A DNA stretch of 63,803 bases, filler included, from Parachlamydiales bacterium (GTDB lineage Bacteria > Chlamydiota > Chlamydiia > Chlamydiales > Parachlamydiaceae), in the NCBI GenBank assembly GCA_020051075.1. It is 3 parts of 3 records of this genome, joined end to end, with 100 filler letters (N's around TTAATTAATTAA, not from the genome) between each part and the next. Parts side by side here need not be neighbours in the genome. Positions count along the whole stretch, not along the records: positions 1 to 22,022 come from JAGVJP010000063.1; positions 22,123 to 39,930 come from JAGVJP010000052.1; 1 more part is not named here. The stretch is one strand, 5' to 3'. Shown piece by piece: positions 18,403-27,872 of the stretch (within the stretch, counting starts at the first letter, position 1; the number at the start of each line of letters is the position of its first letter). The translations under genes were made by a program, and so were the position numbers. The notes under the pieces are model-generated. The model saw only the letters and a list, made by a program, of their open reading frames with translations. It was not told where the DNA came from and did no database searches.

Positions 18403-21400
18403 TTAGCGCTCCTTTATTTTGTAATACCCTCTAGCCAAATTGAAAGGCCCAGTAGGTGTTCGATAAGTGACTTGCAAATCTTTCTTTATCAATGCCTGAT
18501 TAGGCTGATAAAATAATGGGAAAACAGGAACCTCTTCGCACAAAATTTTTTCTGCGTTTAAGAGGTAAGTAGAACGTTGAAAAGGGCTCACTTCATGTTC
18601 TCCCAGTTCAATGAATTCTTTAAATTGTGGGTGTTGCCACTTTGTAAAATTGATTTCTTGATTTCTTGATTTGAATGAATATAGCGTATAAATAGGATCG
18701 TCGACCCAAGGCTGCCAATGCATCAAAGCGATCTGGAAATTCCCTTTGCTCAGCTTTTTGAACATCGTATTCCATGTTTGAGCTTTGAGTTCACATTTGA
18801 TACCAAAACACTCTTGAAACTGCTCTTTTAAGCATTTGGCTGTATATTCCCGTATTCCTTTTTCCACGAACATCAGGCTTAAAGGAGCGAGATCTCTTTT
18901 GGTCATATTTAACTCATCCAAAGCCTCATCCATCAATTGTCGTGCTTTATCCGGATCGAAATCTGGAAATGAGCAGCCTCGCTGCTCGTTCTTGTTAGGT
19001 AGGTGGATTGAGAAGGCTGGATTGATCGGGAGGAATGCTTCCGAAACAATCTTGGCCCGTTGAACGGCGTAAGCAAAGGCTTGTCGTAATTTGATATTTT
19101 TCAAGGGAGGATAATTTAAACTCATTGCGCACCAGCACACAAGGCTATTTGTAAACGAGAGGATTCTTTCATTTTCCTCAGGTTTATAAAATGATTGCCA
19201 TCCCCCAAATGGATTACCAACCCAATCGACCTCATTATTTTGGAAGGCTTGCATTGCTTGAGTTGGGCTGAGGTGAGAGAAGATCACTTGATCCAAGACA
19301 ATTTGATTGTTTTCCCAATAGAGAGGATTTTTGATTAGCTGGAAGCCTTGAGAGGGTTGGTTCAATTTGAGTTGGAATGGCCCGTTGCATGGGTAGTTAT
19401 GTTCACATTGATAGGACCACTGTGGATGCTGTTGGTCAATGTGTCGATGGACTGGGGAGTAGAGAGGGTGTGCTGTTAACTGAAGGAAATAAGGAGTTGG
19501 ACTAACCAGTTCTACCTTTAATGTGCGGTCATCGAGGACGTGAATCCCAATGTCGTCCGCAGAAACTTTTCCCTCTTTAGCCTCTTCAGCATTTTTGATT
19601 GGGAAGAAGAGGTAGGCAAAAGTTGTCTTAAAATCAGGAGATAAAATCTTTTTCCAAGCATATTCGAAGTCGTAGGCAGAAACAGGACTCCCATCATTCC
19701 ATGTTGTGGAACGGAGTTTAAAGGTATAGCTCTTCAGATCAGGGGAGATCTGAATGGTTTCGGCGACAGCATTTTCCACCTGTCCATTGAGATTGAAGCG
19801 GGTGAGCCCTTCGAAGAGAAGACGGATCAGTTCTCCCGATACAGATTCTCCACCGATACGAGGATCTAAGGAGAAGATCGAGTATTCAAAGCCAATCCGG
19901 AGCACCTGTTGATTTTTCCTCTTTTCTTGCCACTGATGGAGAGTCTGGCTGACGCTGTTGATGAACGTGTCGACATCTTCGGCTTCAGCTTCAGGGAAGA
20001 CACAGCTAAAAAATGTTTTGCCAGAGTAATTGATAAAATTGTAAGCGATATCTAAATGGCTGAAGGTTTCTTCTTTAAGCAGATTTAATAAGGTCTCTTC
20101 GAGAGAAGATCCTTCTGCTTGGACAAATAAATAGACTTGATCATCTTTTCGGAAGGTTTTGATTTTATAAGACGAGTTTTTTGAGATTTTTTGTCTGTAG
20201 GTCTCTAGAAAATATTTGAATAGCGTCTCTAAAATGTCCTGATGTAAGACAGCTTGTTTTTCTAATGGGGTCAAGGCATAGAAAAACGTTTCGAGGAGTT
20301 CGTGATCGTCCTGAGTGATTCCAGGGAAGCGCTCTTTGAAATCTTGCAGCAGCTCTTGTTGTTTGATGATGATCCCACCATTATAATCGCGGAATTCTCC
20401 GATCGCAGCGGTGATGAGAGCAGCAACTTTTTGTCGAGCGATGTAATAGTTGAGCGAACCGTCGGATCTTAGGAGAGAAGAATCACGAGGGAGGTGGATT
20501 TGGAAGATGTGTGCTTCGATCGGGTGGCTGTCAATGTGTCTAACAGTGATGATCTTTTCTGAAACAAATTTTGTGTTGTAGAAGCAGTCTTTTAAAGAGA
20601 AGCGGTGGAATGGTGAGATGTGCACTAATGTGATGCGGAAGACGATCTCAGTCCCTGTTTGCTGGTCTAGATGGATGCAAGCTTGAGGGATATCTTCTTG
20701 AGATTGGATTTCTTGGCTCAAGACGAGGATATTTTTATAAACTTCTTCTTCGTTCAATCCCATGTAAATGGAAGGAGAAAGCTTCTGGATGCTGTTTGAG
20801 ACTTTTTGCGTTAAGTAGTCATTGAGGAGGATTTTTTCATTGAGCGAGAAGGGAGTCGCATCTTTTTTCTCAATCTCGAAGTAGAAGATTTTCAGGTTTT
20901 TATGCTGTGACGTATGGTGATAGGAACTTTCTTTGACCAATCTCAAGTGAGGGATGGGGAGGTGCTTTTGCAGAGCCAAAACGATGTTTTCTTCATCGAA
21001 GAGCTCATATCTATCCATGACATTGAAACCGATGAGGCAGCCTAACACTGGCTTCGATGAGAAGGGAAATTGTAGCGCGATGGAGACCAGGCGGACTTCT
21101 AGGTGTCTTTCATTAGGGAGAAGGGTTGTTTTTCGTAGCAGTTTTTTCTGCATGAGGTTCGTTGCCAGCACAACGCGGAACAGATGAGCAGAGTTGCGGT
21201 GGTCTAAGTATTTTCGCGAGGCAATCAAATAGAAAAGGAAGAGGTCGGAATAGATGGAGTTATCTGTGGATTGCGGGAAGCGGGCGATCCATTTGTGAAG
21301 TTTTTCGCAAACTTCGTAGTATGACGAATGTAAAAAAAGTGGAACTTGGTCGAGGTAAATTTCTCTTGCAAGTTCTGGTTCCATGTCTGCCTTCAACTCA

Positions 21401-21405
21401 ATCAT
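18403..21405 (-). CDS. OppA/SBP_bac_5-family peptide-binding domain fused to a ~500-aa unknown N-terminal region; no signal peptide
   Basis: SLDPR, LFEGLTR, YTFKLR, WNDGSPVSAYDFEYAWK, NGPF, KNPLYW; start uncertain (21474, 21405 or 21384). Confidence 0.85.
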   Translation of the reverse strand: MIELKADMEPELAREIYLDQVPLFLHSSYYEVCEKLHKWIARFPQSTDNSIYSDLFLFYLIASRKYLDHRNSAHLFRVVLATNLMQKKLLRKTTLLPNERHLEVRLVSIALQFPFSSKPVLGCLIGFNVMDRYELFDEENIVLALQKHLPIPHLRLVKESSYHHTSQHKNLKIFYFEIEKKDATPFSLNEKILLNDYLTQKVSNSIQKLSPSIYMGLNEEEVYKNILVLSQEIQSQEDIPQACIHLDQQTGTEIVFRITLVHISPFHRFSLKDCFYNTKFVSEKIITVRHIDSHPIEAHIFQIHLPRDSSLLRSDGSLNYYIARQKVAALITAAIGEFRDYNGGIIIKQQELLQDFKERFPGITQDDHELLETFFYALTPLEKQAVLHQDILETLFKYFLETYRQKISKNSSYKIKTFRKDDQVYLFVQAEGSSLEETLLNLLKEETFSHLDIAYNFINYSGKTFFSCVFPEAEAEDVDTFINSVSQTLHQWQEKRKNQQVLRIGFEYSIFSLDPRIGGESVSGELIRLLFEGLTRFNLNGQVENAVAETIQISPDLKSYTFKLRSTTWNDGSPVSAYDFEYAWKKILSPDFKTTFAYLFFPIKNAEEAKEGKVSADDIGIHVLDDRTLKVELVSPTPYFLQLTAHPLYSPVHRHIDQQHPQWSYQCEHNYPCNGPFQLKLNQPSQGFQLIKNPLYWENNQIVLDQVIFSHLSPTQAMQAFQNNEVDWVGNPFGGWQSFYKPEENERILSFTNSLVCWCAMSLNYPPLKNIKLRQAFAYAVQRAKIVSEAFLPINPAFSIHLPNKNEQRGCSFPDFDPDKARQLMDEALDELNMTKRDLAPLSLMFVEKGIREYTAKCLKEQFQECFGIKCELKAQTWNTMFKKLSKGNFQIALMHWQPWVDDPIYTLYSFKSRNQEINFTKWQHPQFKEFIELGEHEVSPFQRSTYLLNAEKILCEEVPVFPLFYQPNQALIKKDLQVTYRTPTGPFNLARGYYKIKER

Positions 21406-21733
21406 CTTGTTTACACGTTGGTTTGATGCTATCAAGAAAAACATGTTGTATGTGACAGATGTTTTTGTCAACATGTTTTCAAAAAAAAATTGAGAAATAT
21501 TTTTTTTCTTGTCGTTACTTATTCAAAATCAAGTGTTTATAAAATAAAATTTTTTTTTTCAAAAAACAAAGTTTGACATTTTTTTTGGTTATTTCAAATG
21601 AGATTGTCTGTTTTTGCTTGTTCAAAAGATAAAATATTGTTCTAAACCGTATTTTGAGCTAGTTATTGCGCATGTTGTGATCCATCGATAAAAATAAAAT
21701 AGCCCTAAGGGTAAGGGACAATGGGCTTTAAAT

Positions 21734-21792
21734 GATGTGCCGCCCTTTCAGAGCTCATCATTTGGGTTTGAATATTCCCAGGCCTGACGGCC
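21734..21792 (+). repeat. Palindromic repeat family D
   Basis: CGCCCTTTCAG and TATTCCCAGGCCTGACG; inverse copy at 4802-4847. Confidence 0.7.
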
Positions 21793-21924
21793 TTATCTTT
21801 ATACACATCTTCCCAGTGCTTGTTCTGGCAACGAGAATTGCCCGTTTTTCTTTCGCTGCTACCGCAGCTCTGGATTGGTCTGCGCCTTGACCCCACGTTC
21901 CGGTTGCGGAGCTCCCTTCACGCG

Positions 21925-21984
21925 CATACTTGTACCCACATCTTTTTGCCATGCGCATCAGTCTAAAACCTTTGCCCTCTTGCA
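21925..21984 (+). repeat. 60-bp dispersed direct repeat (other copy 39591-39650)
   Basis: 58/60 identical by eye, first 43 nt exact. Confidence 0.9.
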
Positions 21985-22022
21985 ACCCTTCAGGCTGCGA
22001 TATTTAACTTATTCATACCCAG

Positions 22023-22122
22023 NNNNNNNNNNNNNNNNNNNNNNNNNNNNNNNNNNNNNNNNNNNNTTAATTAATTAANNNNNNNNNNNNNNNNNNNNNN
22101 NNNNNNNNNNNNNNNNNNNNNN
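22023..22122. other. Artificial contig-join spacer (N44-TTAATTAATTAA-N44)
   Basis: Six-frame stop linker inside an N-run. Confidence 0.98.
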
Positions 22123-22214
22123 ACAGCGGGCAAATGCGTTTGAGAGTTATTATGAAGTATGTGTATAATTGTAAATTATTAAAATTAGGTGTATTATGTT
22201 AGCTTAACGCGTAT

Positions 22215-22363
22215 GAAGAGGACTTCCGCACTCCAAACGCTTCGCGAAGGCATGGAGAGTTTTGGAGACGCGAAGCGATAGAGTAATTCTGGAGAAACGA
22301 ATGCCTGAGAAATTGATCTAGAATAAAGCGGAAGAGGACTTCCGCACTCCAAACGCTTCGCGA
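22215..22363 (-). repeat. Two tandem family A REP units with part of the REPIN interior
   Basis: GAAGAGGACTTCCGCACTCCAAACGCTTCGCGA at 22215-22247 and again near 22331-22363; AATTGATCTAGAATAAAGCG shared with the elements at 39691 and 55679. Confidence 0.9.
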
Positions 22364-22370
22364 AGTACAA

Positions 22371-23645
22371 TCAAGACCAGCCAGCTTTTGCATTGAGGAT
22401 CTTGAGCGCCTCATCTTTGATTCTAACCTCTCCCTCAGGGGCGCCACACCAAGATTTTTTTTGAATACGGGCATAGTTGGGAAGTGCTTGCAAAAGAGAT
22501 AGGAGTTTTACACTCTGTCGATGCTCAGTTAAGTTCTCTACGATTTTCAAGAAAAGGAGATAGTCATCCAATTGCCGTTCGATGAATACATGAAGTGTGA
22601 GGATGGCCCCCTCAATCTTCTTTGAAGTCGCAACCAAGGGCAAATCCTCCGCAACTATTCGTGTTACAACCCAATTTGCAATTTCCAATTTGTTCTGTTC
22701 TATTGCCACAAAAGCCATCTCAACAAAGATGTTTCCCGAATAGGGGCCCATTCTTTCGACGGCTTGCAGCGCAAGGTCATAATACCCACTTTCAAACAGC
22801 TTGGTGGCCAATGATTGAAAGCGCTCATTCAAAAGGGCTTCCTTTTGGTGACGAGGAAAGCGTGAGGAGTCAAAAGGAAGAAGGCGCTTAGCAAATAGAG
22901 CCTTAGCATCATCCACTAAGCTGAGATTTTTTTGTGATTGAGAAGAGGCCCCCTGTTGAGAAAGTCCTTCTTGGATTTGCCTCTGATACTCATGAATAAA
23001 TGCTTCGCAGTACCTACAGTCAAAAGGAACGTCGGGAGAGAGTTCTCTTAATGCCTTGCAAATCACCAGTGGGGTAGGGACCATGTTGTTGTCTTGAGTA
23101 TTAATCTCAATCAAATCTACCCTGACAGATGAGATCTGAAGTTTTTGCAACAGAGCCTCTTTTAACCAAGAGGGAAGCTCTCTGAAGACAGTATTGAGCC
23201 TTGTTGCGATGTTCTTATAACGCTCTGCTTCAAGGCGATGATAGGCCACATGACGATACGAGGTTGATATGGAAGGAAGCTGCGAATCCCTGCGTTGATA
23301 CATTTTATGATTTTCGGCTTTCTCGACCCCTTGGATCAGATCGATGAGTTTTTGAATCTCCTTGCTTCTTTCGAAAGGTTCGACAATCGCTTCGAATTCT
23401 CGTTGAATCTCTTGTAATAATTGATGTGATGAATCACCTTCACTTGTTGCTTGGACCTCTTTGAAGAGATGAAATAATTGGCAGATCCGCTCTGAAACCC
23501 TCTCAGCTCCAGACTTGATCTTTTCAAACTCAGCTCTTTGAGTCGAAAGGTCTCTGACCAGAAGAGGACGATAGGGGAAGGTAGGCGGCATAACAGTTTG
23601 CGCTGTTCCCATAGATGCGTGAGAATAAGAAGAAAAGTGTTGCAT
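22371..23645 (-). CDS. Hypothetical helical protein (possible effector)
   Basis: 424-aa ORF, AAGGA RBS, S/T-rich N-terminus, no recognised motif. Confidence 0.7.
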   Translation of the reverse strand: MQHFSSYSHASMGTAQTVMPPTFPYRPLLVRDLSTQRAEFEKIKSGAERVSERICQLFHLFKEVQATSEGDSSHQLLQEIQREFEAIVEPFERSKEIQKLIDLIQGVEKAENHKMYQRRDSQLPSISTSYRHVAYHRLEAERYKNIATRLNTVFRELPSWLKEALLQKLQISSVRVDLIEINTQDNNMVPTPLVICKALRELSPDVPFDCRYCEAFIHEYQRQIQEGLSQQGASSQSQKNLSLVDDAKALFAKRLLPFDSSRFPRHQKEALLNERFQSLATKLFESGYYDLALQAVERMGPYSGNIFVEMAFVAIEQNKLEIANWVVTRIVAEDLPLVATSKKIEGAILTLHVFIERQLDDYLLFLKIVENLTEHRQSVKLLSLLQALPNYARIQKKSWCGAPEGEVRIKDEALKILNAKAGWS

Positions 23646-23773
23646 AGGTATCCTTGGGTTAAGGGTAGGCAGTTCGAGTTAAGAGCGTAGATGATGCGTG
23701 AAATTAAACCAAGAAAAATGAAGCCCTCATATGTCTTGTAATACAAGACATACAAGGAGAAGATTCATACTCG

Positions 23774-24751
23774 TCACCGCGTCGGATACAGAATCTCATA
23801 AGAGTGCTGCACCCCTTTCAACACTGCTTCAGTCGCGGTTGTCGGATTTTGACCGGAATCTCGAAATGAAAAGAAAGCAACAAGGATATCATCTCCCATC
23901 GCAGCTGGTGGAAGTTTGAATTTTTGTAACACGTAATCCATCACCATTCTTGAAGTTCTTCCGTTTTGATCATGAAACGGATGGATCGATACAATCCGTT
24001 GATAAGCTTTTCCCGCGGTCTCTATTGGGTTGAGTTCTCCTTTTTTGCACTGCTTTAAAGCAAAATTCAACCAACCAACTAATTGCTCCATTTCCTCTTT
24101 TACACGTCCTGAAGGAGCATAGAGAAAATCGGTACGACCTCCAGCAGCGACTCCTGCGTCGCCTTCTTGGCGGAGCCTCCCTCCCCCTTTCTGACCCAAT
24201 AGTCGATTGATCTCACAAATCCATGCAAGAGTTGGCTTATGTTTGGGATCGTTAGCGGCACTGCGGACCATTTCGTCTGCAACCTGCCAGCATTTTATCG
24301 CAGTTGGATCTGCTTTTAACGTATTAGATCCTTGCATTCTCTTTGACTGAATTTCTTGGATCCTTGATTGCTCCAGCGGTGATCGAGGAGAGAAGTCAAC
24401 TGGTGTTCGATTTAAAAAGAAAGCATGACATTTTTTAGATGTCTCTGGATCAATCTCTGCTTTGAAATTCTCTTTCGCCGAAATCCAGCAGACTCTTAAA
24501 GTTGTGTCATTTGGTGCTATCCCGTCGCTCTTCATCTTTTCATACAAATCGTAGACCAAGTGTGATTCACTCCAAGTCTTCGATAGGTGAAAGAGTTTAT
24601 TATAAATATTAATATTGGGTTCAATTCGACGGTTTGAAAAATCCGTGAAGAGATTCTGATAGAGGTTGTGATCTTTTTCCTGTCCACAGGCATGGACAAG
24701 TTTTAAGAAGGTTGCTTCATTAATTTCTAATCTAAAGGGGTATTTAATGAG
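23774..24751 (-). pseudogene. PPR-repeat + Fic-domain protein, apparently 5'-truncated
   Basis: Fic motif HPFHDQNGRTSR; frame stays open upstream of the TTG at 24559 up to a stop at 24752-24754 with no ATG/GTG, encoding PPR-like repeats. Confidence 0.7.
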
Positions 24752-24766
24752 TTAAGCTTTAACGAG

Positions 24767-27421
24767 GTGCTGCAAATTCTTCTCTTTTGTAGTTTTAATG
24801 TCAAAGAGCAGGACAACAGATTGCCATTTAATCTTGCATCATGTTCTACACAACCTTTGCGGCAGGCGTCGTCTTCTTCTTCTTCCTCCTCTTTACACTC
24901 AGATGCTGCGACAATCGAATCAACAACAGTCAATCAAGGAAATATCCTTTTATTTGGAAAGGCCTTGCATATGTTGGATGGTGGCGCCATTAACAACGGA
25001 TTTCTCTCCTTACTAACTTCCTTGATTGCCTATTTAGGCGGAGTATCTGCTCGGAAAAGCCTTAAATCTAAAGCACTGGATGGCATTCCCTCTTTAGTCC
25101 TTGAAGAAATACAAAAGCGCTTCACAGTTGGTCTAGGAAGTAATCCTTGCAATCGTTTGGGTGAGGTTCTTTACTCGCAGTTAAATGAACCTATTAAAAA
25201 CCTTAAAAGAACCAGAGGGTCGCAAGAGGAGCTGCTTTCCCCCTATCTTATTCACTTCACCGTTCTGGTCAAGAACTTGAAGTCAATGCTTATTGGATTA
25301 GCAGCTAATCAGCGTCAATATGATGTTGAACTCTTTAAGCCGCGGATTCATCAGCTTATCGAGGAATGCGCAAAGAGACAGAACTGGTCCACGGACAAAG
25401 TCAACAGCGTGCAAACGTCAGTTTGCGAACAATCCAAGCAAATTTTGCAATTCTATAACTTTTTTTTAGACCAAGAATCAATATTAGAAGAGTTTTCATC
25501 TCAAACCTTGAGTTTGATTCCGCTATCAAAGCTTGGACGATTACGCCAAGAAGGGAAAGGACAAGAGATCTATGCCTGGGTTCAACGAAATTGGACTGAT
25601 TTAGAAACCGTAAAAGATCTTGTGAGCATGCAACTGGTTCAATTTAAAAATTTCTGTTCCGAAAGAAGCAAATTCTTGGGGGACAGTCTCGCATTAATCG
25701 GAGAGCATGGTCTTTATGATCAAACAGAAAATCTGGCTTTACCCACAGTTCGGGAGTTAGTCTCGTCAGCACCTGAAAATGAGATAGCGGGTTTAATGGA
25801 ATTGTTCGCAGGGTATTATCTCAAGATCGACTACATGCTTTGTTTGTGTGAGAAAGGAAATAATCTCCTTGAAAAGCTATTTACAGGCCTTAGAACAGAA
25901 AGAGAACGTCATGTCAATTTAGAAGAGCTAATGACATCGTCATCGTCATCGTCTTCTTCTCGTCCTTCCTTAAGGGGGAGAGCCCGAAAGGTGCAATCTA
26001 AAGGGCGGAAAAAGCGAGCTCCAGAGAGGGGGAAAGCTGCGCAAAGCCAAGGTGCGAAAATTGAAAAAGAGAAGCTGCTTGGACCGGCCGAACAACACTC
26101 TTTGAAGATGTTTGTGACTCAAGATCCTATAGGAGAGGTACATACCTCTATGCTAGAGGGGATCAACAATTTTGGAATGAGTTTAACCAACCTTGATGCA
26201 AAAAAGATGTTGGATAATGTTCTTGAATTCTATAAAGATCTGTTTTCAGAGCTTTGCGATCTCCCCGATCCTAATCAGTCTTCGCATGTTGTCGATTACA
26301 CCCAACGGGTCGTTGTTCTTCTTAGCCAGTTATTAGAACAGGTTATCTCCTTACACAAGGTGCAAAGACAGGATTTTCAGGGGCCAATTCATAGACTTGT
26401 CAGTCATAATTCTCTTTCCATGTTGCCTGATAGTGGATTAGAAGAGACATTTCCAGAGATTCGCAATGCTGTCGAGTCTGTCAATCTCATTGAATGGTCT
26501 GCAAGACACTTCTATACCCACGAGCCAGCAACTAGAGAAGCTTTAGGGGTTCAACTACTCAATTCAGCAGATGAACTTTTGACACAGCCAGAAAGCGGGC
26601 CTTCTAGCGGTATTGACCGAGCAGCAAGAGCTCTCAGCCTTATCACGACAACAAAGGAGCTAGCATTTGATCATCTGAACCTGATTTCTAGGATTCTAGG
26701 AGTTTCTTTAGACTTCACACCTATTCGTGATCTTCCCCCCTCTACATTTCCCCTTAGAAGATCTGAATCTGATTCTGATCTTGCTGCACCACTAATTAAA
26801 AGAGTAGATCCTTTACTCAAGCGTATGGAGCGGTTGATCGGCCAGGATTCTGTAGGCTCTTCTACTGATCGGCCTTTTCAGAGCTATTTGAAGGATGCTC
26901 GCCGTCTGTTAGTGCTGATCAAAGCCCGTCTTGAACGTCATTCAGAAGAGAATAATGCGCGTAACTTTTTCAAAACATTGGCGACTTTAACCGCTTTGGT
27001 GTTGGAATTTACAGCAGTCACGTTGGCAGTAAAAAGTGGAAAAATGAAGTCATCGCGTGTGAAGTGGAACAGTTCCTCCCATCGTTTGACTCACTGGTTT
27101 GAGAAATTAGGATTTTATCACCTCACACCTGCTGAAGAGGAGTTTCTGGAAGCTTGTGACCGCATTCATAGTCTCATGCGTTACAGCGCCCACTATCAGG
27201 AGCTGCAAGGGGTTGACCCAGTGCAGGAGCTTTACCTCCGTCTGAAGGATTTGCGACCTTCTGACCCAACAAATCTAGGGGGGATTGGTGAAACTGCTTG
27301 GCAGCCAGTTAGAGGAAATCTGAAAAAAGCTGTCGCAGGCGCAGTGAAAGATGTTTACGAACGAGTGGAAACAGGTCTTGGATTGCTTTCGCAGTTGCTG
27401 GATAAGCTCGAACCAACGTAA
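24767..27421 (+). CDS. Large hypothetical protein with poly-Ser tracts, basic NLS-like patch and two HEPN-like units
   Basis: 884-aa ORF; start uncertain (GTG 24767 or TTG 24821). Confidence 0.75.
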   Translation: MLQILLFCSFNVKEQDNRLPFNLASCSTQPLRQASSSSSSSSLHSDAATIESTTVNQGNILLFGKALHMLDGGAINNGFLSLLTSLIAYLGGVSARKSLKSKALDGIPSLVLEEIQKRFTVGLGSNPCNRLGEVLYSQLNEPIKNLKRTRGSQEELLSPYLIHFTVLVKNLKSMLIGLAANQRQYDVELFKPRIHQLIEECAKRQNWSTDKVNSVQTSVCEQSKQILQFYNFFLDQESILEEFSSQTLSLIPLSKLGRLRQEGKGQEIYAWVQRNWTDLETVKDLVSMQLVQFKNFCSERSKFLGDSLALIGEHGLYDQTENLALPTVRELVSSAPENEIAGLMELFAGYYLKIDYMLCLCEKGNNLLEKLFTGLRTERERHVNLEELMTSSSSSSSSRPSLRGRARKVQSKGRKKRAPERGKAAQSQGAKIEKEKLLGPAEQHSLKMFVTQDPIGEVHTSMLEGINNFGMSLTNLDAKKMLDNVLEFYKDLFSELCDLPDPNQSSHVVDYTQRVVVLLSQLLEQVISLHKVQRQDFQGPIHRLVSHNSLSMLPDSGLEETFPEIRNAVESVNLIEWSARHFYTHEPATREALGVQLLNSADELLTQPESGPSSGIDRAARALSLITTTKELAFDHLNLISRILGVSLDFTPIRDLPPSTFPLRRSESDSDLAAPLIKRVDPLLKRMERLIGQDSVGSSTDRPFQSYLKDARRLLVLIKARLERHSEENNARNFFKTLATLTALVLEFTAVTLAVKSGKMKSSRVKWNSSSHRLTHWFEKLGFYHLTPAEEEFLEACDRIHSLMRYSAHYQELQGVDPVQELYLRLKDLRPSDPTNLGGIGETAWQPVRGNLKKAVAGAVKDVYERVETGLGLLSQLLDKLEPT

Positions 27422-27436
27422 CCTCTGACATTATCA

Positions 27437-27483
27437 ACAGGATGAGAAGGTCTTAGCTGATGCGTATGCCTTCCCATCCTGTC
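27437..27483. repeat. Short family B-related hairpin
   Basis: ACAGGATGAGAAGG...CCTTCCCATCCTGT; CTGATGCGTATGCCT recurs near 40106-40120. Confidence 0.55.
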
Positions 27484-27608
27484 ATTCCTACAGACTCAAA
27501 CCAATATTACATGGCCCCTTTATGAGTAGGTAATAGGGATAATTCTGGACAGATGTTTGTTTGAATGCTATTTTTTGAAATGAGAGGCGAAGTCGCTTGA
27601 GTGGTCCA

Positions 27609-27860
27609 TCACGACTCTCTAATGGTATGGACTAACCTGATTCCTTGCGGGGTGATTGAGATATCAGCTGGCCCACTTTTCTTAATAAAATTCGCCTGCC
27701 CTAATAGAACGCAGATCGTATCTACAGCCTTGGGTTGCAGGCCAACAAGCTGGCCGATTCTATAGCGGTCAAAAGCAGCATCAAAGTCATTGATCTTGGA
27801 CGCTTCATCATAGAGGCGGAGCATAAAACTTTCGTCTTTGGTGCGGTGTCGTTCAGCCAT
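27609..27860 (-). CDS. Small hypothetical protein (winged-helix-like)
   Basis: 83 aa, GAGGA RBS, 12 nt after cysS; ITPQG end typical of wHTH. Confidence 0.7.
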   Translation of the reverse strand: MAERHRTKDESFMLRLYDEASKINDFDAAFDRYRIGQLVGLQPKAVDTICVLLGQANFIKKSGPADISITPQGIRLVHTIRES

Positions 27861-27872
27861 ATCGTCCTCTTA

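Noticed and set aside
22023..22122. TTAATTAATTAA palindrome within N-runs (also 39931-40030)
   Set aside because: Artificial contig linker, not biology; ORF 21875-22078 crossing it is spurious
22215..22363. Two ~33-nt direct repeats with a hairpin, resembling a mini CRISPR array
   Set aside because: Only two units, the spacer is ~80 nt and matches the REPIN interior, the unit is dispersed and inverted elsewhere, and there are no cas genes
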